Shown: positions 28,040 to 36,954, numbered from the stretch's first letter. The stretch: DNA of 46,007 nucleotides from an uncultured Gemmatimonadota bacterium (GCA_964576115.1 CAZNUA010000028.1:1-46007), one strand, 5' to 3'. A program made the numbers and translations. Notes: generated by a model from the letters alone, not told the origin.

Positions 28040-29209
28040 TCAGCGATCGGGAATGAAGTGGAACGATTCCCCCCAGCTCATCAGCACCAGGGGCCAGGCG
28101 CTGCCATACATGCGGTCGTAGGTCAGCCAGAAGGGCTCGCGATGATCGACGCTGTGTCCGAGCTCGTTCTCGTGACCGGTGATCACCACCGTCGGATCCA
28201 TCCCCTGCAGGAGACGCTGCAGCTCGGGGGTCCAGCAGTTGGGCAGCAGAATATCGACCTCGGCCTGGCCGGCGATCTCGTCGATCCAGAGAAAATCTTC
28301 GGTCCGGGCCTGGTCACCGGTGTGACAGACCGATACTCCCTCGGGCGTGCGCACGAGGATAACGTTGTTCTCCAGATCGCCCTGGTGGCCGGGGTAGACC
28401 ACCACCTCGAGGATCACCGCTCCGTCGCGCACGGGCAGGTTCTGAAACTGGTGGGCGCGGCGTTCGAGCGTGATGTACCGGCTCGTCTCCTGGAGGCCAC
28501 CCGCCCCCTGGAGGCTGTCCGCACCCGGGACACCGGCCGCTTCGGCGAAACCGGCCGTACCGAGGGTATCGGAGGGGGCGGCCGGAGGACCCACGACCGG
28601 CTTCCCCTGTTCCAGAAAGAGCCCGGCCACACCGGGATCGGCATGATCGCCATGCACGTGACTGATGAAGAGAACATCGCATTCCTGAACGATCCGCCGC
28701 ATCAGTTCGGCCGGCAGGGCGAACCCTTCGGCCCCGGCACTGCGGCCGTCGACCAGATCGAAAGCCAGGGTGACACTGCGCGTACGCACCACGAACCCGT
28801 GATTGTAGATTTTCCAGACGATCGCTCCCCGCCCCGGGCGGGTCGATTCCATCTCGTCGGCCGCCGCCATGACAAAGGAATGAAAGAAGGCCTGGACCGC
28901 CTGACGGGACGGCGCCTCGGGCTCGTGCAGAACCGCATCGAGCAGTGAGAAGGCCAGCGGGCGCAGATCGGGTTCGGGCAGGCGCGGGGGAAAGCGCATG
29001 AGCACGTCGCCCGCCAGTTCCAGAGCCACCTCGCTCTGACGTTCGAAAAAGGCGTCGAGATCGCCCCAGTAGGTTCGCGCCGGATCGATCGCTCCCTGTC
29101 CGCGCGCGACGAGGGGCAGAAACAGCGGGATGACCATGACGCTCAGGGCACGCAGAAGGTACCGGCGGCGGGTCGATTCGGCCGGACTCACGGGCAGGGC
29201 ATCTGGCAT
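28040..29209 (-). CDS. MBL-fold metallo-hydrolase
   Basis: SHVHGDHAD, HTGD, GHENE; N-terminal signal-like segment. Confidence 0.82.
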   Translation of the reverse strand: MPDALPVSPAESTRRRYLLRALSVMVIPLFLPLVARGQGAIDPARTYWGDLDAFFERQSEVALELAGDVLMRFPPRLPEPDLRPLAFSLLDAVLHEPEAPSRQAVQAFFHSFVMAAADEMESTRPGRGAIVWKIYNHGFVVRTRSVTLAFDLVDGRSAGAEGFALPAELMRRIVQECDVLFISHVHGDHADPGVAGLFLEQGKPVVGPPAAPSDTLGTAGFAEAAGVPGADSLQGAGGLQETSRYITLERRAHQFQNLPVRDGAVILEVVVYPGHQGDLENNVILVRTPEGVSVCHTGDQARTEDFLWIDEIAGQAEVDILLPNCWTPELQRLLQGMDPTVVITGHENELGHSVDHREPFWLTYDRMYGSAWPLVLMSWGESFHFIPDR

Positions 29210-29385
29210 CGGCTTCCCCTGTCTCTCTCTGAACCTTGACACTTCCACCCGGGCGACGGTTAGCTCAGGTGTAGAGGGTACAGGCTGAACGGCGCCGGGC
29301 TCCAGCAGGGTTCGCGCTGCACGGACCGGAGCTCGAGCAGGATTCGCACTGTACGGACCGCAGCTCCAGCAGATAGAGGCATCGG

Positions 29386-30084
29386 ATGATCGGACTCATC
29401 ATCGGCTCGGCTTTCCGCACCACCGGCCTCCTTGACGGTCTTCAGGAACTCACTGTTGAGACGCGTCACGGTCAGGTCAGCGTTCACACCGGTTCGGAAC
29501 GGATCGTCCTGCTCCGCCACGCCCCCGACCTCGCCGTTCCCCCTCACCGGATCAATCATCAGGCCAATCTGCGCGCCCTGGCTGGCCTGGGAGCCGAAAA
29601 GATCATCGGCGCCAACTCCACCGGCAGCCTCCAGCGCTCCCTGGCTCCGGGCACAATCGTCATACCGCACGATTACCTCTGCCCGTGGCGCATCGCGACC
29701 TACTGCGAAAACGAGGTCCGCCACGTCACTCCCGTTCTCGACCCCGAGCTGCGGGCTGTCCTGGCCCAGGCCGGTCGGCGGAGCGGTCTCGAACCGGTTA
29801 CCGAGGCGGTCTACGCCCAGACCATCGGCCCCCGCTACGAAACCCCCGCCGAGGTCCGCCTGCTGGCCCAGTTCGCCGAGATCGTCGGCATGACCATGGC
29901 CAACGAGGCCGATTGCGCCGCCGAGCTCGGCCTGCCCTACGCCGCCGTCTGTGCGGTCGACAACTGGGCCAACGGCATAGATGAGACCCCGCTGGCCCAC
30001 GACGACCTGCTCACCCGCCAGGTCGAAACGATCGCGGCGGTCGAGACACTGCTGCTCGCCGCCGTGGAAGAACTCACCGCCTGA
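29386..30084 (+). CDS. MTAP/PNP-family phosphorylase, probably 6-oxopurine (methylthioinosine) specific
   Basis: PPHRINHQAN, GPRYETPAE, VGMT, EA..A.E, VDNWANG (Asn at the specificity site rather than the MTAP-type Asp motif). Confidence 0.85.
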   Translation: MIGLIIGSAFRTTGLLDGLQELTVETRHGQVSVHTGSERIVLLRHAPDLAVPPHRINHQANLRALAGLGAEKIIGANSTGSLQRSLAPGTIVIPHDYLCPWRIATYCENEVRHVTPVLDPELRAVLAQAGRRSGLEPVTEAVYAQTIGPRYETPAEVRLLAQFAEIVGMTMANEADCAAELGLPYAAVCAVDNWANGIDETPLAHDDLLTRQVETIAAVETLLLAAVEELTA

Positions 30085-30170
30085 ACCTCTTCAAGCCCGG
30101 TCCCCTACTCTGATCCCGGTCACAGTGCGGGTCTGGTCGTCAGACAGGGTCACCTGCCGCCGGTCGAGAT

Positions 30171-31397
30171 TCAGACCAGCAGCGGTGCCAGGGAATCGGG
30201 ACCGGGGGCGAGGAGCCCCCTTTCGGTGAGATAGCCGGTGATGAGACGGGGGGGAGTAATATCGAAGGCGGGATTGGCGGCCGTGCTGTCCGGGGGCGCG
30301 AGACGCACGGTGATCGGCTCGGTGTCCTGAACGGCGGGACGTCCGGCATTCGGACCGGCGGGCAATCCTGTGTCCGGACCGGCCGGGGGCCCGTCGACGG
30401 CACAGCCGCGGGCCGTGAGCACCTCCTCGCCGTCGCGCTCTTCGATGACGATGTCCTCCGGTCCCAGGGCGGTCGGATCGAAGGTGCTGGTCGGAAAGGC
30501 GACATAAAAGGGCACCCCGGAATCGGCCGCCGTGACCGCCGTGGTATAGGTACCGATCTTGTTGGCCACATGTCCGCTTACGGTGACCCGGTCGGCGCCC
30601 GTGATCACCAGGTCCACCAGACCCTGCTGCATGAGGTACCCGCCGGCCGAGTCGGCGACGATGGTATGGGGAATGCCTTCCTGGCCCAGTTCCCAGGCCG
30701 TGAGCCGGCTGCCCTGATTCCAGGGGCGGGTCTCGTCGACCCACACATGCAGCGCCACCCCCCGATCGCGGGCCAGGTAGAGGGGTGCGGTGGCGGTACC
30801 GAGGTCCACGAAAGCGAGCCAGCCGGCGTTGCAGTGGGTGAGAACGTTGAGCGGTCGGCCCTCAACGCCCGCAGCGAGTGCTTCGAGCAGATCGGCCCCG
30901 TGTTCCCCGATCGCCCGGCAGGCCGCGACGTCTTCGTCGGCGATCTGCTCCGCTTCGGATCGCAGGGCGGCGACGACCGCTTCGCGCTCCTCATCCGCAC
31001 CGATTTCCCCGGAGCCTGCAGCGTCCGCCGGCTCTGAACCACCCATCCCGGCCTTCTCCCGGCCCGCGGCTTCGGCGATCCGGCGCTGGCGCTCGACCGC
31101 CCAGGCCAGGTTGCGGGCAGTCGGGCGGGTGGCGAGCAGCAGCTCCGCGGCCCGCTCCAGGTCCTCGCGCCAGTTCTGCGCAGCGGCGCTTCGGGCGGCC
31201 AGATACATACCGTAACCGGCGGCGGCTCCGATCAGACCGGCCCCGCGTACGTGCATCTCGCTGATCGCCCGGGCCATGTCCGCGATTTCTGTGATGGTTT
31301 CGATCTCGATCGCAAAGGGGAGCCGGCGCTGATCGATGACACGCACGGTTCCGGCCTCGAGCCAGATCGTGCGCAGCTGCCGGTCACCGGCCTTCAT
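30171..31397 (-). CDS. mtnA: S-methyl-5-thioribose-1-phosphate isomerase
   Basis: DQRRLP, VRGAGLIG, TRPTARNL, LTHCNAGWLA, DETRP, GADRV, ANKIGT, NPAFDITP; ATGA overlap with mtaD. Confidence 0.93.
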   Translation of the reverse strand: MKAGDRQLRTIWLEAGTVRVIDQRRLPFAIEIETITEIADMARAISEMHVRGAGLIGAAAGYGMYLAARSAAAQNWREDLERAAELLLATRPTARNLAWAVERQRRIAEAAGREKAGMGGSEPADAAGSGEIGADEEREAVVAALRSEAEQIADEDVAACRAIGEHGADLLEALAAGVEGRPLNVLTHCNAGWLAFVDLGTATAPLYLARDRGVALHVWVDETRPWNQGSRLTAWELGQEGIPHTIVADSAGGYLMQQGLVDLVITGADRVTVSGHVANKIGTYTTAVTAADSGVPFYVAFPTSTFDPTALGPEDIVIEERDGEEVLTARGCAVDGPPAGPDTGLPAGPNAGRPAVQDTEPITVRLAPPDSTAANPAFDITPPRLITGYLTERGLLAPGPDSLAPLLV

Positions 31398-32740
31398 GCC
31401 GGCTGCCGCGGCTGATCGAAACCGGCCCGTACGGCGGCTCCGCAAGCCCGTGCCTCGGCCAGAATCCCGTCGAGATCGGTATCCACAAGCTGCCGGTTGC
31501 GGACCCGCACCACGCCGTTCACGACGGTCTCGCGCACATCCGACGCCAGGGCCGCATAGACCAGGTGGGAGTAGGGATCGTAGCAGGGTGTCAGGTGCGG
31601 CGCGCGGAAGTCGACGACGATCAGATCGGCCCGCAGACCGGGTGCCAGCCGGCCGACGACATCTTCCAGACCGAGTACCCGGGCTCCCCCGGCCGTAGCC
31701 AGACGGACGACCGTGCGGGCGTCCAGGTGGGTGGGATCGTCATCGTACACCTTATGGATCTTGGCCAGCGTGTCCATTTCGCCGAAGAGATCGAGGTTGT
31801 TGTTGCTGGCACAGCCGTCGGTCCCGATCCCGACTTCTATTCCCTGTTCCAGATAGCGCCAGATCGGAGAGAAACCCGAGGCGAGTTTGGCGTTGCTCTC
31901 GGGGTTGGTGACCACTCCCACCCCGCGGCGGGCCATGATCTCGATCTCGGTTCCGTTCACCCAGACGGCGTGCACGGCCGTAAACGGCCCTTCGAGAACG
32001 CCCAGATCCTCGAGATGTTCGAAGCTGCGTTTGCCGTAGGTGGCCAAGGTATGATCGAGGTTGGCCTGGCTCTCGGCCACGTGGGCGATGAGCGGCACCC
32101 CGTACTCGTCGGCCAGGGCGCGGGCCCGGACGAGCAGCTCGGGACTGCAGGTATCCAGGGCGTGGGGCTGGATCGACGGTGTGATGAGATCGTCGTCGCG
32201 CCAGGTCTCGATAAAACGCCGGGTCCAGGCCCAGCCTTCTTCGAGCGGGCCGTAGCTCGGCGAAGGAAAGTCGTAGAGGACCTCACCGAGCACCCCCCGC
32301 ATCCCCATCTCGCTAGCCGCCCGCGCGGCGGCATCCTCGAAGAGATACATGTCGCAGAAGGTAGTCGTTCCCCCCAGCAGCATTTCGGCACAGGCCAGGC
32401 GGGTGCCGGCATACACGAAAGCGTCGTTCAGGTTCCGGGCTTCGGCGGGGAAGATGTGATCGTTGAGCCAGGTCATGAGCGGCAGGTCGTCGGCGATGCC
32501 TCTGAACAGGCTCATGGCCGCGTGGGTGTGGGCGTTGACGAGCCCCGGCATGACCACACACCCCGCGGCGTCGATGGTTTCGGCGGCTTCATAGCCGGCC
32601 TCGATCTCCGCCTTGGGTCCGACCGCAGCGATCGCCGTGCCCTGTACCGCAACGCTCCAGCCCGGGTGTGCCATCTCGTCGGTCAGGGTCAGGACCGTAC
32701 CGTCGCGGATGATCAGGTCCGCCCGCGCCCGTTCTGCCAT
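31394..32740 (-). CDS. mtaD: 5'-methylthioadenosine/S-adenosylhomocysteine deaminase family amidohydrolase
   Basis: PGLVNAHTH, RGIADDLPLMTWLNDHIFPAE, HVAES, NPESNAKLASG, GTDGCASNN; adjacent to mtnA. Confidence 0.85.
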   Translation of the reverse strand: MAERARADLIIRDGTVLTLTDEMAHPGWSVAVQGTAIAAVGPKAEIEAGYEAAETIDAAGCVVMPGLVNAHTHAAMSLFRGIADDLPLMTWLNDHIFPAEARNLNDAFVYAGTRLACAEMLLGGTTTFCDMYLFEDAAARAASEMGMRGVLGEVLYDFPSPSYGPLEEGWAWTRRFIETWRDDDLITPSIQPHALDTCSPELLVRARALADEYGVPLIAHVAESQANLDHTLATYGKRSFEHLEDLGVLEGPFTAVHAVWVNGTEIEIMARRGVGVVTNPESNAKLASGFSPIWRYLEQGIEVGIGTDGCASNNNLDLFGEMDTLAKIHKVYDDDPTHLDARTVVRLATAGGARVLGLEDVVGRLAPGLRADLIVVDFRAPHLTPCYDPYSHLVYAALASDVRETVVNGVVRVRNRQLVDTDLDGILAEARACGAAVRAGFDQPRQPA

Positions 32741-32824
32741 GCTCGTCTCCTCATGTTCGATCCGGGGATAGCGGCCCTGACGGTCCGCGCCGGCGCTGGC
32801 CGGGTCCGGCCGGCACAACGCGGT

Positions 32825-34657
32825 TCAGGGAATGCCGCTCAGCAGGCCGGTGGCGATGGCCTGTTGCCGGGCATCGGCCTCGGCCAGGGCTTCGAGCACG
32901 TACCCCTGGCGGTTCCCCTGCCCGAGCTCGAAGGAAATCGTCTCTTCGGTCATGCGACGCTGGATGGTCAGGGTCAGCTGCTCTCCGGGGCGGGCGGTGG
33001 TGAGGATGTCAGGCAGAGCAGGAGAGGCCGGACGGCCGTTGGCCTGCACGATCCGGTCGCCTACCCGCAGTCCGGCCCGTGCGGCCGGGGCGTGTTCTTC
33101 CACGGCGGTGACGATCAGGGTCTGTGACCCCTCCGGTTCTGTATCGAATCCCGCCGTAGCGATTTGTACCGCTTCCCGGCGCAGATCCCAGCCGGCTGCC
33201 GTCGCCAGCTCTTCGTAGGGCAGTTCGTCGGTACCGGCCACGAACCGGGTGTAGAAATCGGACAGATCGGTTCCGGCCAGGGCTCCGGCAGCCCTGATGA
33301 TTTCTTCGCTGTCGGCGTACGGCCTGCCCCCCCGCCCGAACCAGGCGGTCATGAAACCCATCAGGTCATCGAGAGAACGGTGGTTGTCGGAGGCGTCGCG
33401 CATGGCCAGATCGAGCAGGAAACAGAGCACGTAACCCTTGGTGCGGGGGTCGAGGCTGCGATCGGGGCGGCGATACTCCGGCCAGGTCCGGTAGCGGACC
33501 TGTTCGGAGGCGCTCCTGGCCGACTGCAGCAAGCGTGCCGGCGTGTTCTGCAGGGCCGTGATCTGCATGCTGACCTTGCCGAGGAAATCCTCACCGGGCA
33601 CGAACCCGGACCGGGTCAGGAGCAGATCGGCGTAATAAGCGGCAGCTCCTTCCAGGAACCAGAGGCTCTCCACCACCAAAGGTTCGCGCAGGGGATCGCG
33701 GATTGTCTGCGGCCTGATCCGCCCTCCCAGCCAGGAGCGCAGAAAAGAGCCGGTGCAGACGCTCAGGAGCGGATTCTGATCCTCCTCCCGGGCGTGCTGA
33801 TCCCAGAAGACGGTCGTCGTCGTGCAGAAGCCCGCACCCGTGCGCACCCGGGCGTCGGCGAAATGAAGGATAAAGAGATAGTCCTCGGTCGGCATGGTCT
33901 CGAACAGAGCCACGGAACGACGCACCAGGCGTTCGAGGCCCAGCAGGAAGGTCCGGTCGTCGAAGGTGGAAGTGGCACCGTCGATCACCACCCTGACATT
34001 CATGTCGTCGATGGCAAAGAAGGCGTCCTGGAAACGCCCCGCCATGATCGGCGAACTCGCCAGCTGGGCGAAGCTGTTGCTCCGGAAGCGGGTCGGATCG
34101 AAGGAGGGTTCGAGAGCCACGGCAGCCTGCCAGCCGTTGGGCAAAAGAAGGTTGATCGAGAGCTGCCGGTCGGCCAGCAGGGGCGCATAGAGCAGAACCG
34201 CAGCCGGGTTGACATAGGCGTGTCGGGCGGTAAGCTGAGCCGACCAGGGTGAGGGATCGTTGGCATAGCAGGTGTATTGCACGGTCACCCCGGCGATCCC
34301 GCGGGTGTCGCATTCCCACTCGCCCAGAGCCCGCTGGTACACCGGCAGGTCGAATCCCTCGGGGCCGGTGGCGGTCAGCACGCTGATATGACGGGCCCTG
34401 CGATCGAGCGAGCGGGGATCGGGTGCGGAGGGCATGACCAGTTGCAGGTCGGGTTGATCGAGACCGGAGATCTCGAGGCTCACCTCGATCACATGAGTCG
34501 CCGCTCCGCGCAGATCGATCGTGTAGGTTACATGAAGGTCTTTCTCGCCGGTGCTCAGCCCGGTTCCCGAGTCGAGAGCGAGTTCCTCCTGGGCTGCTGT
34601 GGGGGAAGAGAACAGAACCAGCACCAGCCCCCATGATATCCATCGTGTTCTATTCAT
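32825..34657 (-). CDS. M61 glycyl-aminopeptidase homolog with C-terminal PDZ domain, HEXXH motif absent
   Basis: Signal peptide, M61 N-domain, ..RIRP..LWFLEGAAAYY, PDZ (APAARAGLRVGDRI). Confidence 0.8.
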   Translation of the reverse strand: MNRTRWISWGLVLVLFSSPTAAQEELALDSGTGLSTGEKDLHVTYTIDLRGAATHVIEVSLEISGLDQPDLQLVMPSAPDPRSLDRRARHISVLTATGPEGFDLPVYQRALGEWECDTRGIAGVTVQYTCYANDPSPWSAQLTARHAYVNPAAVLLYAPLLADRQLSINLLLPNGWQAAVALEPSFDPTRFRSNSFAQLASSPIMAGRFQDAFFAIDDMNVRVVIDGATSTFDDRTFLLGLERLVRRSVALFETMPTEDYLFILHFADARVRTGAGFCTTTTVFWDQHAREEDQNPLLSVCTGSFLRSWLGGRIRPQTIRDPLREPLVVESLWFLEGAAAYYADLLLTRSGFVPGEDFLGKVSMQITALQNTPARLLQSARSASEQVRYRTWPEYRRPDRSLDPRTKGYVLCFLLDLAMRDASDNHRSLDDLMGFMTAWFGRGGRPYADSEEIIRAAGALAGTDLSDFYTRFVAGTDELPYEELATAAGWDLRREAVQIATAGFDTEPEGSQTLIVTAVEEHAPAARAGLRVGDRIVQANGRPASPALPDILTTARPGEQLTLTIQRRMTEETISFELGQGNRQGYVLEALAEADARQQAIATGLLSGIP

Positions 34658-34665
34658 AGTTTGTG

Positions 34666-34695
34666 ATTGTAAAGTCGCTATCACCCGGGTGACAA
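34666..34695 (-). promoter_or_regulatory. Sigma70-like promoter of the M61-like gene, with a palindrome overlapping the -35
   Basis: TTGTCA-N18-TACAAT, 8 nt before the ATG; TCACCCGGGTGA palindrome at 34681-34692. Confidence 0.55.
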
Positions 34696-34761
34696 GAGCA
34701 ACCCCGGACGTTATTGGGAAGACTCTCATCCCCAGGCTGTTGAGTATGCCCGGCACATTAA

Positions 34762-34926
34762 TGTAAGACGCCGACCCGCGCGTGGCAGGTCGGCGTCTGA
34801 AGGAGCGAAGACCGGTCCCGAAGTTGAGGGAGTGAAGGAGAGATCGCGAGCGGTGAGAGTTACTTCGCTCACCGGGCCCAGCCTCCACATCCTCGACGCA
34901 GCTTGAAGAAAAGCTGTTTACACCCA
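34762..34926 (-). ncRNA. Candidate structured non-coding RNA, family not recognised
   Basis: Long stem 34873-34899/34793-34820 that needs G-U pairs (minus strand only), inner hairpin, CU-rich loop, 14-bp terminal hairpin 34766-34798, upstream GATAAT. Confidence 0.5.
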
Positions 34927-34942
34927 CCGGGTATTATCAGAA

Positions 34943-35914
34943 TTATTTTTCCTCGCGGTAGATCTCGGCCATGTCCCGCAATCGGTCGACCAGGCCGTGG
35001 CGTAGCACGGAGGGGCTGACGAGCTCGGCGGACTCGCCGTAGGAGAGCAACCGCTGCAGCAGCCAGCGGGGACTCGAGGTGCGGTAGCTCAGGGTCACGG
35101 TGCCGTCCCGGGCCGGTTTGCCCCGCCCCTCCTCCTCCATGACGAGCTGGGCCGCCGGGGGAGAGTAGCGAACCACGATCTCTTCTTCATCTTCGGTCTC
35201 GACGTAGACGCCCTGCTGGAAGTGGTCCTCGAGGCGGAAATCGGCCGGGATGGAGAAGTGCTCGCCCAGCAGTTGGGCGCTGCGCACGTTGTCGGCCCGG
35301 AAGGTTCGATACCCTCCTGCCTTCTCGCAGTACCCGACGATATACCAGCGGCCGTCGCTGAAGACCATCTTGCACGGCCAGACGATTCGTTCGGAAACCG
35401 TACCCCGGTGTTCGGTGAAGTAGCGGATCTCCACTTTGCGGCTCTCGTGCACCCCCCGCTCCAGAATCGAGAAAATCTCTCCCGAGAGTGCCGGAGGCGG
35501 TTCCACTCCGATCTGCCCTTTCAGAGCGCTGGCCCGGGTGTGAAGATCCTCATCCCGGTCGGTGATGAGTTTGTAGGCATGGGCAAGGGCGCGGGCCTCC
35601 CGGACGTCGGTATGCTCGATCATCATCGAAATGGCGGTGCGCAGAGCCAGCAGTTCGGAAGGGGTGAAGGAGAGCGGCCGCTTGAAATGTTCCCCGGCCC
35701 AGAGATGCACTTTTCCGTCCTCGATATAGGCATCCATCACCTCGGCCGAACCGAAGGGACCGTAACTGCAGTGCGAGAGGGCCTGCAGGTCGCGGACCAG
35801 CTCAGAGGGTTTGACCTGGAACTCCTCTGCCAGTTCCTCGAGGGGAACCTCCTGGTTCTGCAGCAGGAAAGGAATCATCCCGAGGATACGATTCAGCCGA
35901 TCGGCGCTGGCCAT
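34943..35914 (-). CDS. WYL-domain transcriptional regulator, PafC-like (wHTH-WYL-WCX)
   Basis: RLNRILGMIPFL...ELAEEF..DL HTH, RPLSFTPSE, WYIVGYC, RTFRADNV, LLSYGESAELVSP. Confidence 0.88.
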   Translation of the reverse strand: MASADRLNRILGMIPFLLQNQEVPLEELAEEFQVKPSELVRDLQALSHCSYGPFGSAEVMDAYIEDGKVHLWAGEHFKRPLSFTPSELLALRTAISMMIEHTDVREARALAHAYKLITDRDEDLHTRASALKGQIGVEPPPALSGEIFSILERGVHESRKVEIRYFTEHRGTVSERIVWPCKMVFSDGRWYIVGYCEKAGGYRTFRADNVRSAQLLGEHFSIPADFRLEDHFQQGVYVETEDEEEIVVRYSPPAAQLVMEEEGRGKPARDGTVTLSYRTSSPRWLLQRLLSYGESAELVSPSVLRHGLVDRLRDMAEIYREEK

Positions 35915-36948
35915 CACGCACCCTCCCCGGGGCCGGCATGAATCGCCGCCACCCGTTCGATCAGCCGCCGCATCTCCCGGCGCAGCCGCCGGGGCGTGAC
36001 GATCTCCACCTCGCCCTGCTGGGCGAGAACCCAGCGCAGGAAAGCGGCGTCGTCGCGTACGTGCAGGATGACGCTACGTTCCCTGACCGGACCGAACTCG
36101 ACGTCATCGCGCTCTTCCCAGCGGGCCCGGGCCTGGTTGTACTGGGCGGTCGACATCTTGACCGTGACCCGGGATGGCCGGGCATTGGAATAATCCCATG
36201 GTTCCCGGCCCATATAGTCACGGATCGAGAAATCATCGGGGATCTCGTAATCGGCCGTGCCCGGGGCGCTCCGATTCATCGCCAGCGACCGGATCCGTTC
36301 GAGCCGGAACTGACGCAGCTCGCCCCGCAGGCAGCACCACGCCACCAGATACCAGCGTCCCCGCCGCTGTACCAGGGCGTAGGGATGAACGTCCCGCTCG
36401 GTCACGGCGTCGCGGTGCAGGCTGTAGTAGGTCAGATGCAGGCGCTTACGGTGCAGCAGAGCCTCGGTGACCGTCTCGAGCACCGACCGGGAGGTCGAGC
36501 CCGAGAAGAAGAAGGCCACTCGCCCTTCGGCATCCTCTCCCGGGGGGCAGTCGAAGACGAGCTTGCGCAGCGCGCTGCGAGCCTCGCGCGCCATGCTGAA
36601 ATCCTTCATCTCGGCCAGACGGCGGACCGCCACGACCAGAGCCCTGATCTCCTCTTCGGTGAAAGCGAAACGGGGCAGATAGAAGCGGGAACGGTCGAGC
36701 CGGTAGCCCATGAGGACTTCGGAGTCGATCGCGACGGTATCGATGGGAATACCCTGCCGGCGCAGTTCCTCCTTGTCGCGCTCGAACTTGCGCAGGATCG
36801 ATTTTTCGTCCACCTCGCCGACCGGCTGGTAACCGGGCACCTTGAGCCTGATCTCTTCCCAGGTGACGGGGAAACGGTGATTGAGAAGATAGGCGATGAG
36901 ATTGAGCTGCCTGAGGTCTTTATTGGTCTTCTCGTTCATCTCGTTCAT
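35914..36948 (-). CDS. WYL-domain transcriptional regulator, PafB-like
   Basis: RQLNLIAYLL, RKFERDKEELRRQGIPI, FTEEE, WYLVAWC, FRLERI; coupled to the pafC-like gene. Confidence 0.88.
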   Translation of the reverse strand: MNEMNEKTNKDLRQLNLIAYLLNHRFPVTWEEIRLKVPGYQPVGEVDEKSILRKFERDKEELRRQGIPIDTVAIDSEVLMGYRLDRSRFYLPRFAFTEEEIRALVVAVRRLAEMKDFSMAREARSALRKLVFDCPPGEDAEGRVAFFFSGSTSRSVLETVTEALLHRKRLHLTYYSLHRDAVTERDVHPYALVQRRGRWYLVAWCCLRGELRQFRLERIRSLAMNRSAPGTADYEIPDDFSIRDYMGREPWDYSNARPSRVTVKMSTAQYNQARARWEERDDVEFGPVRERSVILHVRDDAAFLRWVLAQQGEVEIVTPRRLRREMRRLIERVAAIHAGPGEGA

Positions 36949-36954
36949 CGGCAG

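Noticed and set aside
34672-34695. Mycobacterial PafBC (RecA-NDp) promoter motif
   Set aside because: TGTC is present, but its spacing to the -10 fits an ordinary -35 rather than the TGTCGG-N10-TA-N3-T pattern.
34762-34926. SRP RNA, tmRNA, RNase P RNA or a known riboswitch
   Set aside because: I could not see their signature motifs (SRP GGAA-loop domain, tRNA-like ends, RNase P P4); an Rfam search is needed to settle this.
34658-34927. N-terminal extension of the M61 ORF to 34927
   Set aside because: The signal peptide starts at ATG 34657, and the upstream region holds a promoter and RNA-like hairpins.
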